NCBI GenBank assembly: GCA_965220815.1
Contig: OZ244846.1
Location: 4,145,045-4,209,044 of the forward strand
Length of the DNA stretch: 64,000 nt
Source of the DNA: Gammaproteobacteria bacterium
GTDB taxonomy: Bacteria > Pseudomonadota > Gammaproteobacteria > Eutrophobiales > Eutrophobiaceae
Direction of reading: 5' to 3'
Part shown: positions 9,074 to 20,184 of the stretch, piece after piece
Layout of the letters: every line of letters begins with the position of its first letter
Position numbering within the stretch: position 1 is the first letter of the stretch
Notes under the pieces: generated by a model
What the model was told of the DNA's origin: nothing
The model's database searches: none
Seen by the model: the letters and a program-made list of their open reading frames with translations, nothing else
Made by a program: the position numbers and the translations under genes

Positions 9074-10813
9074 CTAGAGTTTCAGAACTACCTTGCCGGT
9101 TGCAGGTTTGGCGCTACAGAGCAAAACCTGATTCTCTTCAGGTTGATGAGTTAAACTGAAATCATAATGTACCTTTCCTTCTTCCAGCCCAACACTGCAA
9201 CTCTGGCATACGCCCATACGACATGCATTATCGGGAGACAAACCCGCGGATTCGGCAAGCTCCAGCAGTGTCATATCTCCTTCAGCCGTCCATTGAACGG
9301 TTTTCCCCGTATGTGAAAAAACGACGGTAGCACTATCGATTTGCCCGTGCTGATAGCTGCCGCTATTAGGCAGAAACGATTCCTGAAATACGCGATCAGG
9401 ATTAGCCCCGGCGCCGGTTAATTCAGAATACAATTTATCCTGAAACACCGGTGGCCCGCACATATAGATATCGATGTCCACCAACGGCATGTCGATGCGT
9501 TTGCCCCCATGGAGGATATGGCAACCTTCCATGAACTTCTGAATGTGCTCCAGGGACAGATAGCCTCCCAACTGGTAGTCTTTTCCCTTTTTATCCTCCG
9601 CGGCAGGCTGGTCATAAACATGCAGCATGGGAACATTATATTCCTCCGCTATCTGGTCCAGTTCAGCACGAAAAGCCTGTGCGGCCCGGTTCCGGCAGCA
9701 ATGAATAAAATATAGAGGCGGCGCCTTTTCCCCACGCGCCAGGTGGGACTTGAGCATGGAAAATAAAGGTGTGATCCCAATCCCGCCGGCAATCAGCAGT
9801 ATGGGTTTGAAACTACTGCGGTCCAGTACGAAACGACCCATGGGTGGGCAGATCGATAAACGTCCGCCTGCTTTGATGTGCTTGTGCATAAACCCGGAAC
9901 CCAGGCCTTGCGGTTCTTTTTTGATACTTAAACGATAGTGATCCGGTTCATCCTGGTAATCCGACAGACTCCAGACCCGGAGCAGTGGTGACTCAGTATC
10001 AACGGGGACCTGTACAGTGAGAAATTGACCTGCTCGAAACCCTGCCAACGGCTGATTATCCTGCGGCTTTAAGACGAAGGATTTTATCTCCTCTGTTTCG
10101 TCAATGACCTCGGCGACCTTGAATTCACGCCAACCTTGCCAACGGCCAAGCTGCGTGCGTTCCTGGTCCAGGACCTGGTAAAGTTTGTTACGCAAGAGCA
10201 GTGCGGCAGTTTCGCTGAGACCCGGGAGGGCAAGGACATGTCGTAACGTGGCTTCATCAATGTCCTTGCCAAAGATATATTGGGCAATTTCATTTATCGC
10301 AATACTGTCTGTAGCTTTGCCGATTATCTTCACTTCATCCCCGGCCTGGATCATCCCCGGCCTGTCCACATTGAAATACACCCCGCTTTTCCCGGAAACG
10401 GCGAATTCCCGGATAAAGCTGGCCGGCTGGCGCATACGCCAACACAATTTGAAACAGGGCACCCGCGGACCGGATACTTTCAGTTGCACTTGTTCACCGA
10501 TGGAAAGTACATCACCAACCTGAAACTGCGCCTCATCCAGTCCGGCAATGGACAGGTTTTCTGCGAAAAACCCCGGCGGCCAGCCTTCAAATTTTACATC
10601 CAGCCGATCCGCCCAGAATTGATAGTGTTCCGGTGCAATGGCATACACCGCATCCGTATGCACCGCTACTTCATTTCCTTCTATGCCGTGCTCGTTTATT
10701 CGTACCGGACCGGTCATCGGGGTTTTCAGGTAGGCAGTCTTTACTGATTGACCATGGATATCCAGTTCCTGTGTCTTACCAACACAGACATTTATCAGTT
10801 TCATCGTCGTCAT
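9074..10813 (-). CDS. MOSC domain / FNR-like FAD-NAD(P) reductase / plant-type 2Fe-2S ferredoxin fusion oxidoreductase
   Basis: N-terminal MOSC beta-barrel region. RVWSLS (RxYS-like FAD motif) and GGIGITP NAD-binding motif. C-terminal CxxxxCxxC ferredoxin cluster. Confidence 0.65.
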   Translation of the reverse strand: MTTMKLINVCVGKTQELDIHGQSVKTAYLKTPMTGPVRINEHGIEGNEVAVHTDAVYAIAPEHYQFWADRLDVKFEGWPPGFFAENLSIAGLDEAQFQVGDVLSIGEQVQLKVSGPRVPCFKLCWRMRQPASFIREFAVSGKSGVYFNVDRPGMIQAGDEVKIIGKATDSIAINEIAQYIFGKDIDEATLRHVLALPGLSETAALLLRNKLYQVLDQERTQLGRWQGWREFKVAEVIDETEEIKSFVLKPQDNQPLAGFRAGQFLTVQVPVDTESPLLRVWSLSDYQDEPDHYRLSIKKEPQGLGSGFMHKHIKAGGRLSICPPMGRFVLDRSSFKPILLIAGGIGITPLFSMLKSHLARGEKAPPLYFIHCCRNRAAQAFRAELDQIAEEYNVPMLHVYDQPAAEDKKGKDYQLGGYLSLEHIQKFMEGCHILHGGKRIDMPLVDIDIYMCGPPVFQDKLYSELTGAGANPDRVFQESFLPNSGSYQHGQIDSATVVFSHTGKTVQWTAEGDMTLLELAESAGLSPDNACRMGVCQSCSVGLEEGKVHYDFSLTHQPEENQVLLCSAKPATGKVVLKL

Positions 10814-10953
10814 AAATTTTTTGAGGAATACTCTCTCGATAAATTATGTAAGCAACACAATATCAGGAATTGGAAAACCAGGTAGCGGGGCATGGCCACA
10901 GCTGGTGGCCATGCCCTTAACCAAAATACTTGTTCGCCGGAATTACTCTCGCG

Positions 10954-13149
10954 TTATTCGAAAGTATAACGGACGCTGACCCCCCAGGTCAGGGGCGGGA
11001 TATAGTTTGCTGCAAGTGTGCTCTGGCCGGCTATCGCCTGCGGCAAACTCAACATGAAGGGAGTGGAATCATTCAAATAATTGTATGCGCGTTCATCCGT
11101 CAGGTTCTTGCCCCACAAGGTAAACGCCCAGTTGGATTTCAATTCCCAGGTGATACTGGCATTGACGATACTGTCCAGCCCGTTAACAATTCCCGGTTCA
11201 TTGGCCGGATCCTGGAAGTACTCGTCCTTGTGCTGTACATCCAACCGCATCCTCAACGCGCCCTTGTCGCCAAGCTGCTGCCTGTATGCCATCCCTGTCG
11301 AAAAGGCATGGGGAGGTGAAACCATTTCGTTACCCGGAAACAGTTCGTCCGAGGTATATTCTCCATCAAAGTAATTATAGTTGATCCACGCGGTCAACCC
11401 CTCTGTAATGGCTGCATTGAGTTCAACATCCACCCCTTCAGCTTCCGCTTTACCGGCGTTGGTCTGCAAAAAAGTTGTGCCTACAAGTTGCGATACCTGC
11501 AAGTCCGTATAATCCACCATGTAGCCTGTTATGTTGGCGGTCACGCGATTGTCGAACCAGCTTGAACGCACGCCGATTTCATAGTTTTTTGCGCTTTCAG
11601 GATTAAGGGGTACGGTATGGGCATCGGCAGTCGGGAGGCCGAATTGAATAAAACCGCCGCTCTTGAAGCCCTCTGAATACGTCGCATAGACCATGATGTC
11701 TTCGGTAAGGTCGAAGTCAAGGGTCACGCGTGAGGTATACTTGGACCAGGACTCGGACACCGGCAGACTGAAGGGCGCGCCAGTGGTAAAAATAAAGCTG
11801 GTGCCTGCATGCGAAACCACGCCGTCCTTTTTGTCGTGAGTATAGCGTCCGCCTACCGTCAGGCGCAGGTTATCCAGTATGGAAAATGTTCCCTGGAAAA
11901 AACCGGAAATACTGTCGGTTTCATTGTTCAGGGTGGTATCCAGGAAATCAGGCTCCGCCGCCCCCGGAAAAAGATCGCCAATAATCGTTCCCTCGGCAAA
12001 ATCAGTTACGAAGTTACGATCACGGGTGTGATCAATGTAAAGATAGTACATGCCGACAACCCAGTTCAAGCGTCCTTGAATGGCATCATCACCGCTGATC
12101 CTGAGTTCCTGGGTAAACTGTTCCAGGTCGAATTCCTGGGTTTCCACAAGCAGGTCAGGCAGCGGTGAACCGAAAACATCGGTTGCGGGTAATTTTCCTT
12201 CGTCCTCGTAGTAAGCCGATATGGACTTGATTTGAGCAAACCCCATATCCCAGTCTACAACCATTGAGGCGCCCCAGGAGGTCCGGTCAACCCCGCCGTC
12301 ATTGGGTTGGTTTGTGGTATCGGGATCATCCTCCGGCATAAATCCTCCAAACTCGGCAGAAGTGGGAGCCGGCCCGACGTAATCCCGGTGCTGGCCGAAA
12401 CCCGTATCACGCATCAAATCGGCCTGTAACAGAACCTCAAATTCATCGTTGGGAACGAATCGCAACTGCGCCTTACCGCTTTGTTTGTCTACGCTGTCAA
12501 CGTGATTTCCCGTCGCCTGGTTAAACGTATAGCCATCGCGGGTCTTGCTGGAAAACGCAATGGAACCGTAGACGCCGCTGTCTTCCATTAACGGACCGCT
12601 GACAACTCCTTTTATGTCAATCAGATCAAAGCGGCCCGAACCTGCCTCGAGAACAATCCGGGTCTTTTCGGTAGGTTTTTTAGTGACTACGTTTATCAGT
12701 CCGCCCACCACATTTCGGCCGAACAAGGTGCCCTGCGGTCCACGCAGGACTTCAATGCGTTCCACATCGAACAAGGCCAGGTCCCAATCCGTTACCCGCC
12801 CCTTGTAAACATCATCGACAAACATGGCTACCGGCTGATCAAGTCCCGGCCCATCTTCACCGGACTGCGCCCCGCGCAAGGTCGGCAATGCCTGTACGCG
12901 CGTAAATGGCGCAAGATGCAAATTGGGAATATGGCCGACCAGGTCGGTCGTACCATCGATCCTCGCTTCGTTGATGTAGGTCTCGTTGAATGCGGTCACG
13001 GCCACAGGTACATCCTGCAACGACTGTTCACGCTTTTCTGCAGTCACTATTATCTCTTCAATTTGTATTTGTCCATAGACGGCCTGCAGATTCATTACTG
13101 CAAACAAAATCAATATAAGTTTACTGATAATATTATGCTTAACTTTCAT
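10954..13149 (-). CDS. TonB-dependent outer-membrane receptor
   Basis: Signal peptide MKVKHNIISKLILILFAVMNLQA. TonB box / plug (EEIIVTAEKREQSLQDVPVAVTAF). C-terminal beta-barrel. Start moved to ATG 13149, preceded by GGAGGG. Confidence 0.8.
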   Translation of the reverse strand: MKVKHNIISKLILILFAVMNLQAVYGQIQIEEIIVTAEKREQSLQDVPVAVTAFNETYINEARIDGTTDLVGHIPNLHLAPFTRVQALPTLRGAQSGEDGPGLDQPVAMFVDDVYKGRVTDWDLALFDVERIEVLRGPQGTLFGRNVVGGLINVVTKKPTEKTRIVLEAGSGRFDLIDIKGVVSGPLMEDSGVYGSIAFSSKTRDGYTFNQATGNHVDSVDKQSGKAQLRFVPNDEFEVLLQADLMRDTGFGQHRDYVGPAPTSAEFGGFMPEDDPDTTNQPNDGGVDRTSWGASMVVDWDMGFAQIKSISAYYEDEGKLPATDVFGSPLPDLLVETQEFDLEQFTQELRISGDDAIQGRLNWVVGMYYLYIDHTRDRNFVTDFAEGTIIGDLFPGAAEPDFLDTTLNNETDSISGFFQGTFSILDNLRLTVGGRYTHDKKDGVVSHAGTSFIFTTGAPFSLPVSESWSKYTSRVTLDFDLTEDIMVYATYSEGFKSGGFIQFGLPTADAHTVPLNPESAKNYEIGVRSSWFDNRVTANITGYMVDYTDLQVSQLVGTTFLQTNAGKAEAEGVDVELNAAITEGLTAWINYNYFDGEYTSDELFPGNEMVSPPHAFSTGMAYRQQLGDKGALRMRLDVQHKDEYFQDPANEPGIVNGLDSIVNASITWELKSNWAFTLWGKNLTDERAYNYLNDSTPFMLSLPQAIAGQSTLAANYIPPLTWGVSVRYTFE

Positions 13150-13212
13150 TTTCTTTCCCTCCTCGTTGCCTGCTGACATTTTTAACTGATAATTCAACCT
13201 TTCTGTTCTCAA

Positions 13213-14343
13213 TCATATATCGTCATGAATATGTTCAATTCTCTGGAATGCTTCCTCAATTCCGAAACACTCCGGCCCGAATACGTCTAACGCCTTTTGA
13301 GATCGCATAATGGGCGCAGCACTGGTGCCTATAACCTTTACTCGCTGCCCAAATTTTAGTGCTTCAACGGTAATGGGTTGTGCCGTCTCCCGATCAACTA
13401 TGGTGATCAGATCAGGGACAATAGCCAGCGTTTGACCCTTGCGTTTTGCCAGGAGATTTTCATTTTGAAATTGGATATGCACTCGATCATTCGCATCATC
13501 CATATCGCTTATTTCACAATGCCCCATAGCAAAGCCTTTGGTGGTTTCCCGCCTGATATCCGTGATTTTTCCATCGAACAAAACCTTACTATGTTTGTAG
13601 TAATCGGTACTGCGCAGGTAAGCCAGCAAAGATTCAATTGGGTTGCCGTTATCTTGACCTGAACGGATTGCCCTGCCGATCTTCAGGGCCAGAGTCAAGG
13701 TTCCTCTGACGCTATAGTCTTTCACCTGCTTACCTGTCATTGGATAACCGCTGAATAAAACGCTTAAGCCCATTTGAATAGCCGCCACCCGAATGATGTC
13801 TTCAGCGCGTTTGGGATCAGAGGTTTCCACCACTACTGTTTCCAGATGTTCGTTGACAATTACAGCCGGCGTCGCTGAAACACCGTACACATTAAAGGTC
13901 ACCATTTGGATTTCCGGAAAGGCGCGGCCCATACCATCACAATCCACCAGGGGTAACCCCAGACGCGCTGCGGCAACTATGGGCAACATGGAATTGATAC
14001 CGCCGATCTCTATTGGAGTAATCGCATCAGCTTTTCTACCAATGATGTCACCAAGCCGATTGATAGAGAGATCGATATCCTCACCGGCAGTCCCCTTTTC
14101 CAACATAACGGTGGGCGCACCCACCATGGCTGCGGTAAAAACAGCCGCATCATCGCCCAGTTCGTCGGCATCAATGATTTCCGGCATGCCGAACTCCCGT
14201 ATGGCATGCTCGGCCATCAATCTGCCGATATAAGGATCGCCACCACCACCAGTGCCCAGAAAGGCTGCGCCCTGTGCCAGGTCATATATATCTTCTACGC
14301 CAAGAGTTAATCGTTCGACATTTTCTGCTTGTACATTCAGCAT
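13213..14343 (-). CDS. DUF917 family protein (hydantoinase-associated)
   Basis: GTGGGGDPYIG motif. Typical pairing with and 7-nt overlap onto the adjacent hydantoinase gene. Confidence 0.7.
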   Translation of the reverse strand: MLNVQAENVERLTLGVEDIYDLAQGAAFLGTGGGGDPYIGRLMAEHAIREFGMPEIIDADELGDDAAVFTAAMVGAPTVMLEKGTAGEDIDLSINRLGDIIGRKADAITPIEIGGINSMLPIVAAARLGLPLVDCDGMGRAFPEIQMVTFNVYGVSATPAVIVNEHLETVVVETSDPKRAEDIIRVAAIQMGLSVLFSGYPMTGKQVKDYSVRGTLTLALKIGRAIRSGQDNGNPIESLLAYLRSTDYYKHSKVLFDGKITDIRRETTKGFAMGHCEISDMDDANDRVHIQFQNENLLAKRKGQTLAIVPDLITIVDRETAQPITVEALKFGQRVKVIGTSAAPIMRSQKALDVFGPECFGIEEAFQRIEHIHDDI

Positions 14344-15950
14344 ACGTCCAACTCCCCGGCTGTTTTAACGCGCAAACGTACTGCGTTGCCTGGAATATAA
14401 GATAAGGGCACTTCTTCAAAGTCGATCATTTCTACGCTATCTTCCAGAGCACCGGCCTCAACCGCGGCCATTACCGCCTGTTGCTTTGCATCGATAATGG
14501 CGGCATCACGCCCCACGTTTTCATAGGAATAAACTTTGTCCACCTCACCACCCACCTGAGCGATGGAAGCACCTATGGCATTGGCGACGCCGGCATGTTC
14601 AGGAATAATCACTTCTGAGGTACCGGCGATATCGCGATTAATCAGGATGGCGCCACCACCCACTAAAATCAGCGGTATCGGCCTGGCGCTGGTCTTTATC
14701 CGGTCCACACCGTCTTCCAGTATGGAATGAATCTTCGTTACGGCCATGTCAATCAAGGCCATCGGCAAATTATTCACGTAATCCCGCCTGCCAATATCCG
14801 CATAGCCGGCCGCGACGGCGATGTCGGTAGTTGTGAGCGTATTGCCACCGAATACCCGCGCCACCTCGGTCAGGCGATAACCGACTGAGCGCGGTCCGAC
14901 CCTCATGGGTTCGGCTTCTGTTACCAGGCTGCCGCCGCCAAGGCCGATGGCCAGAATGTCAGGCATGCGAAAATTCGTCCGCACACCACCGATGTCAACA
15001 GTCACGGAGGATTCTCGTGGAAAGCCATTGACCAGCATGCCAATATCGGTAGTAGTGCCGCCAATATCTGCCACAAGGGCATCTTCTACACTGGATAAAT
15101 AGGCAGCACCGCGCATACTGTTGGTCGGGCCGGAAGCAAAGGTAAGCACCGGGTATCTCTCAGCAAACCCGGCGCTCATCAATGTACCGTCATTCTGGCT
15201 GATATAGAACGATGCCTGGATTTGTAATTCTGCCAATGCTTTTCTAAAAGAAGAGATTACCTTTGTAGAGAGATCCGTCAGACTGGCATTCATGATGGCG
15301 GCATTTTCCCGCTCCAATAAACTAATCCGGCCAATACGTGAAGACAAAGTGATCGAAACCGCCGGTATTTCCTCACGCACTATCTCCGCTGCCCGCTCTT
15401 CCATATCGGCATTCACCGGAGAAAACACGCCACAGATGGCGACGCTGCGTATACCTTTTCGTCTCAGTTCTCCCGCAGCCCGGGCAACAGCCTGTTCATC
15501 CAGTGGAGATATTTCACGACCATCGAATTCGTAACCACCCTTGACCAGGTGCAGGTTATCGCCAATGACATTCGCAATATCCGGTGGCCAATCTATCATT
15601 GGGGGCAAACCACGGGTGGCGGGTAAGGCAAGGCGTATCACACCAACAGGCAACAAGCTGCGCCGCTCGACAAAGGCATTGGTAAACTGGGTTGTGCCGA
15701 TCATGACGGAGTCTATTTCTCCGGCCGGAACGCCGGTACCATCCATGACATGACTGATTGCACTGACAATTCCATCGCTGATGTTGGCACTGGTAGGGGC
15801 TTTATAACTCGCTTTTACTACGCGGGCATCCATTAACACCGCATCGGTATTGGTCCCCCCTACGTCAACGCCTATTCTCACTGTCGATTGCTCCGCCAGG
15901 AATAATTGGATCAATTCCAGTAATACTAGGGAAAACCCATTTTTAATCAA
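14337..15950 (-). CDS. hydantoinase / oxoprolinase family protein (HyuA-like, ATP-dependent)
   Basis: N-terminal RIGVDVGGTNTDAVL ASKHA-fold phosphate-1 motif. Length and architecture of the Hydantoinase_A family. Confidence 0.75.
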   Translation of the reverse strand: MIKNGFSLVLLELIQLFLAEQSTVRIGVDVGGTNTDAVLMDARVVKASYKAPTSANISDGIVSAISHVMDGTGVPAGEIDSVMIGTTQFTNAFVERRSLLPVGVIRLALPATRGLPPMIDWPPDIANVIGDNLHLVKGGYEFDGREISPLDEQAVARAAGELRRKGIRSVAICGVFSPVNADMEERAAEIVREEIPAVSITLSSRIGRISLLERENAAIMNASLTDLSTKVISSFRKALAELQIQASFYISQNDGTLMSAGFAERYPVLTFASGPTNSMRGAAYLSSVEDALVADIGGTTTDIGMLVNGFPRESSVTVDIGGVRTNFRMPDILAIGLGGGSLVTEAEPMRVGPRSVGYRLTEVARVFGGNTLTTTDIAVAAGYADIGRRDYVNNLPMALIDMAVTKIHSILEDGVDRIKTSARPIPLILVGGGAILINRDIAGTSEVIIPEHAGVANAIGASIAQVGGEVDKVYSYENVGRDAAIIDAKQQAVMAAVEAGALEDSVEMIDFEEVPLSYIPGNAVRLRVKTAGELDVC

Positions 15951-16004
15951 TGAGTTAATCGTATAGTATCGATGCTTTTTTGCTATGTAACTTAATTATA
16001 CCAT

Positions 16005-17765
16005 TCCGGCCTCAGGGCGCGCGCAGGGGGGCGGTCTTCACAGGGTGAGACCGTAACGGAAGCTGGCGTTGCGTCGCTGCCCATGCCGGCCTGTCAGGTG
16101 GCCCCGCGCTGGCCTGTGGTCGGGAGGGGCGTTGCGGCGGCGGCGCCGGGGGGTGTAACGGGGTGGTGTGACCCCGGTCCCGGTCAGGCGGCGTCCGGCA
16201 GGGCGGTTGCCCCGTCCGGGGCGTGGTAGCCGTATTTTTCCAGCATTTTGAACCAGCGCGGTGCGTTGCGTTTCACCATCAGGGCCTCGTAGTCGGTGTG
16301 CGGGTCGTGGTAGGGGGTGTCGGTGGCCAGCATGCGGTAGAGGATGCGCAGCAGTTTGTGGGCGGTGGCGACGGTGGCGCGTTTATAGCCGCGGCGCACG
16401 GTGAGGGCTTTGTGGTAGCCTTTGAACTGGCAGTGGTGGGTGCGGGCGGCGCCGTGTGCGCACTCGATGAGGAGGGTGCGCAGGAAGGGATTGCCCTTGC
16501 GGGTGCGGCCGTGGCGGCGTTTGCCGGCGCTCTCGTTGTTGCCGGGGCACAGGCCGGCCCAGGCGGCGCAGTGGCGGGCGGAGGGGAAGACGCGGACGTC
16601 GGGGCCCAGCTCGATGAGGATGGCGCGGGCGGCGCTGTGGTCGATGCCTGGGAGGGTCATCAACAGGTCGAGTTGTTGCTGGCAGGGCGTGAGTTGCTGT
16701 TCGATGAAGGCATCGTAGTCGGCGATACGGGTCTCGGCCTGCTCGAACGCGGCCAGTTGGTCCTGCAGGACAAAGCGGGCATGTGGACGCAGGGGCGCGC
16801 TGAGGGCATCGTCCAGTGCCGTGAGTCGGGGCCGGACGTGGCCGGAGAGGGACGCCAGGATGTTGTCCGGGGCGCGTCCGGCCGCCAGTCCCTCGAGGAT
16901 GCGGCGTCCGTTGACGCCGAACAGGTCTGAGAGCAGGCCGCCGACCCGGAGGCCGGCGCCGTCGAGGACCTGGTGGATGCGGGTGCGCAGGGTGGCGCGC
17001 AGGCGCACGACCTTGTGGCGCTGGCGTGACACCTTGCGCAGGGCGCGGAAGTCGGCGGGGGGCACGAAGCTGGGGGCGCACAGGCCGAACTGGCAGATAC
17101 GCGCCAGCCAGACGCTGTCGGCGATGTCGGTCTTGCGTCCCTTGAGTTGCTTGACGTGCTGGGCGTGCACCAGTATCGGTTCGATGCCGGCGCTCTCCAG
17201 GGCCTCGAAGACGACCTCCCAGTAGACGCCGGTGGCCTCCATCACGGCGGCGCTGACCTGGTGGTCCAGCAGCCAATCGACCAACTCGCCAAGGCCGGCG
17301 GGCAGGGCGCTGAAGCTGCGGGTGTGGGTCTCGGCCTCGGCATTGGGCCGGGCCAGGCGCACGGTGGCGGTGATTTGCATCTTGTGCACGTCCAGGCCGG
17401 CGGCGCGGGCGTGGATGACGTTTAAGGTATCAGTGTGTACACTATCAGACATAACGCTTCCTCCAAATGGGTGGTGTGATACAGGGTGCGGGAACGGGAG
17501 CAACGGGCAGCTGGCTCGTCTCCCGGATGGGAGACGGCGCATTTTGCTGTGCGTCCTCGGCAGTGCCGGGTACAAAGCGGGGCACGATGCCGTTGCTCGG
17601 GAACAGTTTAGAGTCGGGCTCATAAGGCGCCGCAAAAAAAAAGCGTCCTCAGTCTCGCTCCCGCCCCGCCAGTGTGCACCAGGACGAGGCGTTAGCCAAC
17701 GTCGGGGCCGCGGGTTGCCCGTGGCCCTGGCGTTTCTCAGTTACATGCAATCGGGGCGTGCAGAG
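16005..17765 (-). mobile_element. IS110-family insertion sequence (copy 1)
   Basis: Abrupt shift to very GC-rich sequence between AT-rich flanks. Contains the IS110 transposase. IS110 elements lack terminal inverted repeats, so ends are approximate. Confidence 0.45.
16184..17452 (-). CDS. IS110-family (DEDD) transposase
   Basis: MSDSVHTDTLNVIHARAAGLDVHKMQI… N-terminal DEDD domain. C-terminal Transposase_20-type region (GIDHSAARAILIELGPD). ATG located at 17452. Confidence 0.85.
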   Translation of the reverse strand: MSDSVHTDTLNVIHARAAGLDVHKMQITATVRLARPNAEAETHTRSFSALPAGLGELVDWLLDHQVSAAVMEATGVYWEVVFEALESAGIEPILVHAQHVKQLKGRKTDIADSVWLARICQFGLCAPSFVPPADFRALRKVSRQRHKVVRLRATLRTRIHQVLDGAGLRVGGLLSDLFGVNGRRILEGLAAGRAPDNILASLSGHVRPRLTALDDALSAPLRPHARFVLQDQLAAFEQAETRIADYDAFIEQQLTPCQQQLDLLMTLPGIDHSAARAILIELGPDVRVFPSARHCAAWAGLCPGNNESAGKRRHGRTRKGNPFLRTLLIECAHGAARTHHCQFKGYHKALTVRRGYKRATVATAHKLLRILYRMLATDTPYHDPHTDYEALMVKRNAPRWFKMLEKYGYHAPDGATALPDAA

Positions 17766-20184
17766 AACTGATCATGAGAGTTTAGTAGGGCAAAAAATTG
17801 CATATGGGTAGGTTAATTGCACAAATGGGTAGGGTAGACTAAACTATTAAACGGAACAGTTATGATTATCCAGGACAACTATCAGATGCCAAACGATAGC
17901 GGTCGCTTGCTACTGAACAGGATGCGACCACTTCGCCGCAACGTTGCATCAATAAAACGGCAGAGTTTACTGGAAAGACTCGAACAGCAGAAAGACACTC
18001 ACCTCAGCATTATCCATGCGCCGGCAGGTTATGGAAAAACCGCCTTGCTTACACAATACTATGAGCAACTGCAGACACGGAACCAACATTGTGGTTGGCT
18101 TACCCTGGACAGCAGCGACGATGATCCGGTGCAATTCCTGGCATATCTTATTGCCTCACTGGACTCAACGACACTTATCCCGAAAGATATATTGGATGCA
18201 GCATTCAACGGATTTCACGGACTTGAGGAAAACGAAACCTTTAATATTATCGTCAATTGCCTCTCAGGATTCCAGACACCAGTTTACATTTTACTTGATG
18301 ACTACCACCTTCTTCAGGCAAGCCCCAGCCAGCGACGCGTACAGAAGTTAATAGAATTAACACTCGAAAATACACACTTCATTATATCCAGCAGGGAAGT
18401 TCCTACCTCATTAAAAGGGCGCTTACAGGTATCCGGTTCTTATTTTGAATTGACGGCCAGCGATCTTGCATTGACAAAGTCAGAAACCATCGAGCTGCTG
18501 GGATTATCAGGACAAATAAATATAACTGATGAACTTGTCAGTCTGTTACACGAAAAAACAGAGGGCTGGGCCGCAGCGATTGAGTTCGCCAAAAACTGGT
18601 TAACCAAGAATACCGAAATCGATGTTAACAGCTTTATCAATCAATCAACGGATTTCTCGACATTTGTCATGACTGAGATTTTCAATCAGCTTCCAGTTGA
18701 TTTACAAGGTGTCATGGTAGATACATCAATAGTCAGCCAATTTGATGGAGATATCATCAATGTTGTCTGTGCACGAAACGATGGCTGGCAAGTATTGGAA
18801 AAACTTTTTCAGCACGACCTGATCATTCCCCTCGATGAGGCAAGTACATCGTATCGATACCATCATTTGCTGACAGTATTTCTTCTAAACCGGTTTCGTA
18901 AGAAGAATGATAAAGACAAAAGTGAATTGCACAAACTCGCATCAGAATGGTATCTGGCGACTGATAATTCTGCTGAGTCCATAAGACATGCCATTGCCTG
19001 TAGTGATCCGGAATTTCTTGCATCGGTGACCGAGCGGTCCGGAGGCTGGCGTTTCGTTCTGGATGGAAGAATTTCGACCTTAACTTCCATACTTGAAGTC
19101 CTGCCACTGGAAACATTTCAGAACTATCCCCGAACCTACTTAGGCTACATTATGCTGATTGCGAAGCACGGAAATGTTCACGAAGCGTCAGTGGAGTTTA
19201 ATAACTTCCGCGACAATACACATGGTTTTACCATATTGAATGAATCCCCCTTACCTTCTTTTTTTGCGGTAGAAGCCAATGTAGTAGAATTTTTCCTTGG
19301 TGGAATAGGAGATAGACCGCAAACTCCACAATATATCGCCAGAATGGAATCTGCCCTTAAGGGGATAGATAAACAGGATCATCTTCTACAAGCCAATATG
19401 TTGAACTACCTCAGTTTTGGTTACTTCGATTACGGTAGTTTTGAGAAAGCCTTTAATGCGGGGGAAGATGCAATTTTTCACTATAAGGAATTACGTTCTA
19501 TATATGGTGAAAACTTTCTCTATTTCCACCTGGGGAAAATATGTCTTGCCCAGGGTCGGCTGCGTGATGCAGAACAGATTTACAATGAAGGATACCGACT
19601 GGCCGTTAATAATTTCGGGACTGACAGTGACATGGCTGCCATTGCCGCCGCGCATCTGGCAGAAGTAGCATATGAAAAAAGTGAGTTTGAACAGGCACAA
19701 ACCTACCTGGCTATTGCCTTCCCCAGAATAGAACAATCAGAAGCCTGGTTCGATGTGTATCTTTCTGCCTATTTGACTGCCGCGAATATTGCCGGTATCC
19801 AGGAAGGTGCCGGTGCTGCAATGAAGGTGTTGATTGACGCATTCCGCACCGGCAAACGCCGCAAGATTCACAGGCTACGCATATTCAGTATTTGTCAGCA
19901 GGCTCGTATTTTTATCCGGGAGGGCCGCTTACAAAGGGCAGGTTGGATCATTAATCGTTTACAGTTTGAATCATTCATTAATCCAACTACCGAGAATGAG
20001 TTCATCAGTCATCGAGTCATTGAAGAAATTGGTTCAACTACAGCCTATTACTTTACACAAAATGAACGCCCTCTCGATGCAATCAAGGTAATTGATTCCT
20101 TGCTGAAAACAGCGAAACGTAATAACGGTCGCCGGGGTTTGATTTCACTGTATATCCTGCTAAGTCTGGCTTATTTTAAGCTAG

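Noticed and set aside
16223-17771. Overlapping ORFs on both strands within IS110 copy 1 (16223-16930, 16383-17276, 17232-17771)
   Set aside because: Same GC-rich artefact; only the 16184-17452 frame carries the DEDD transposase domains.
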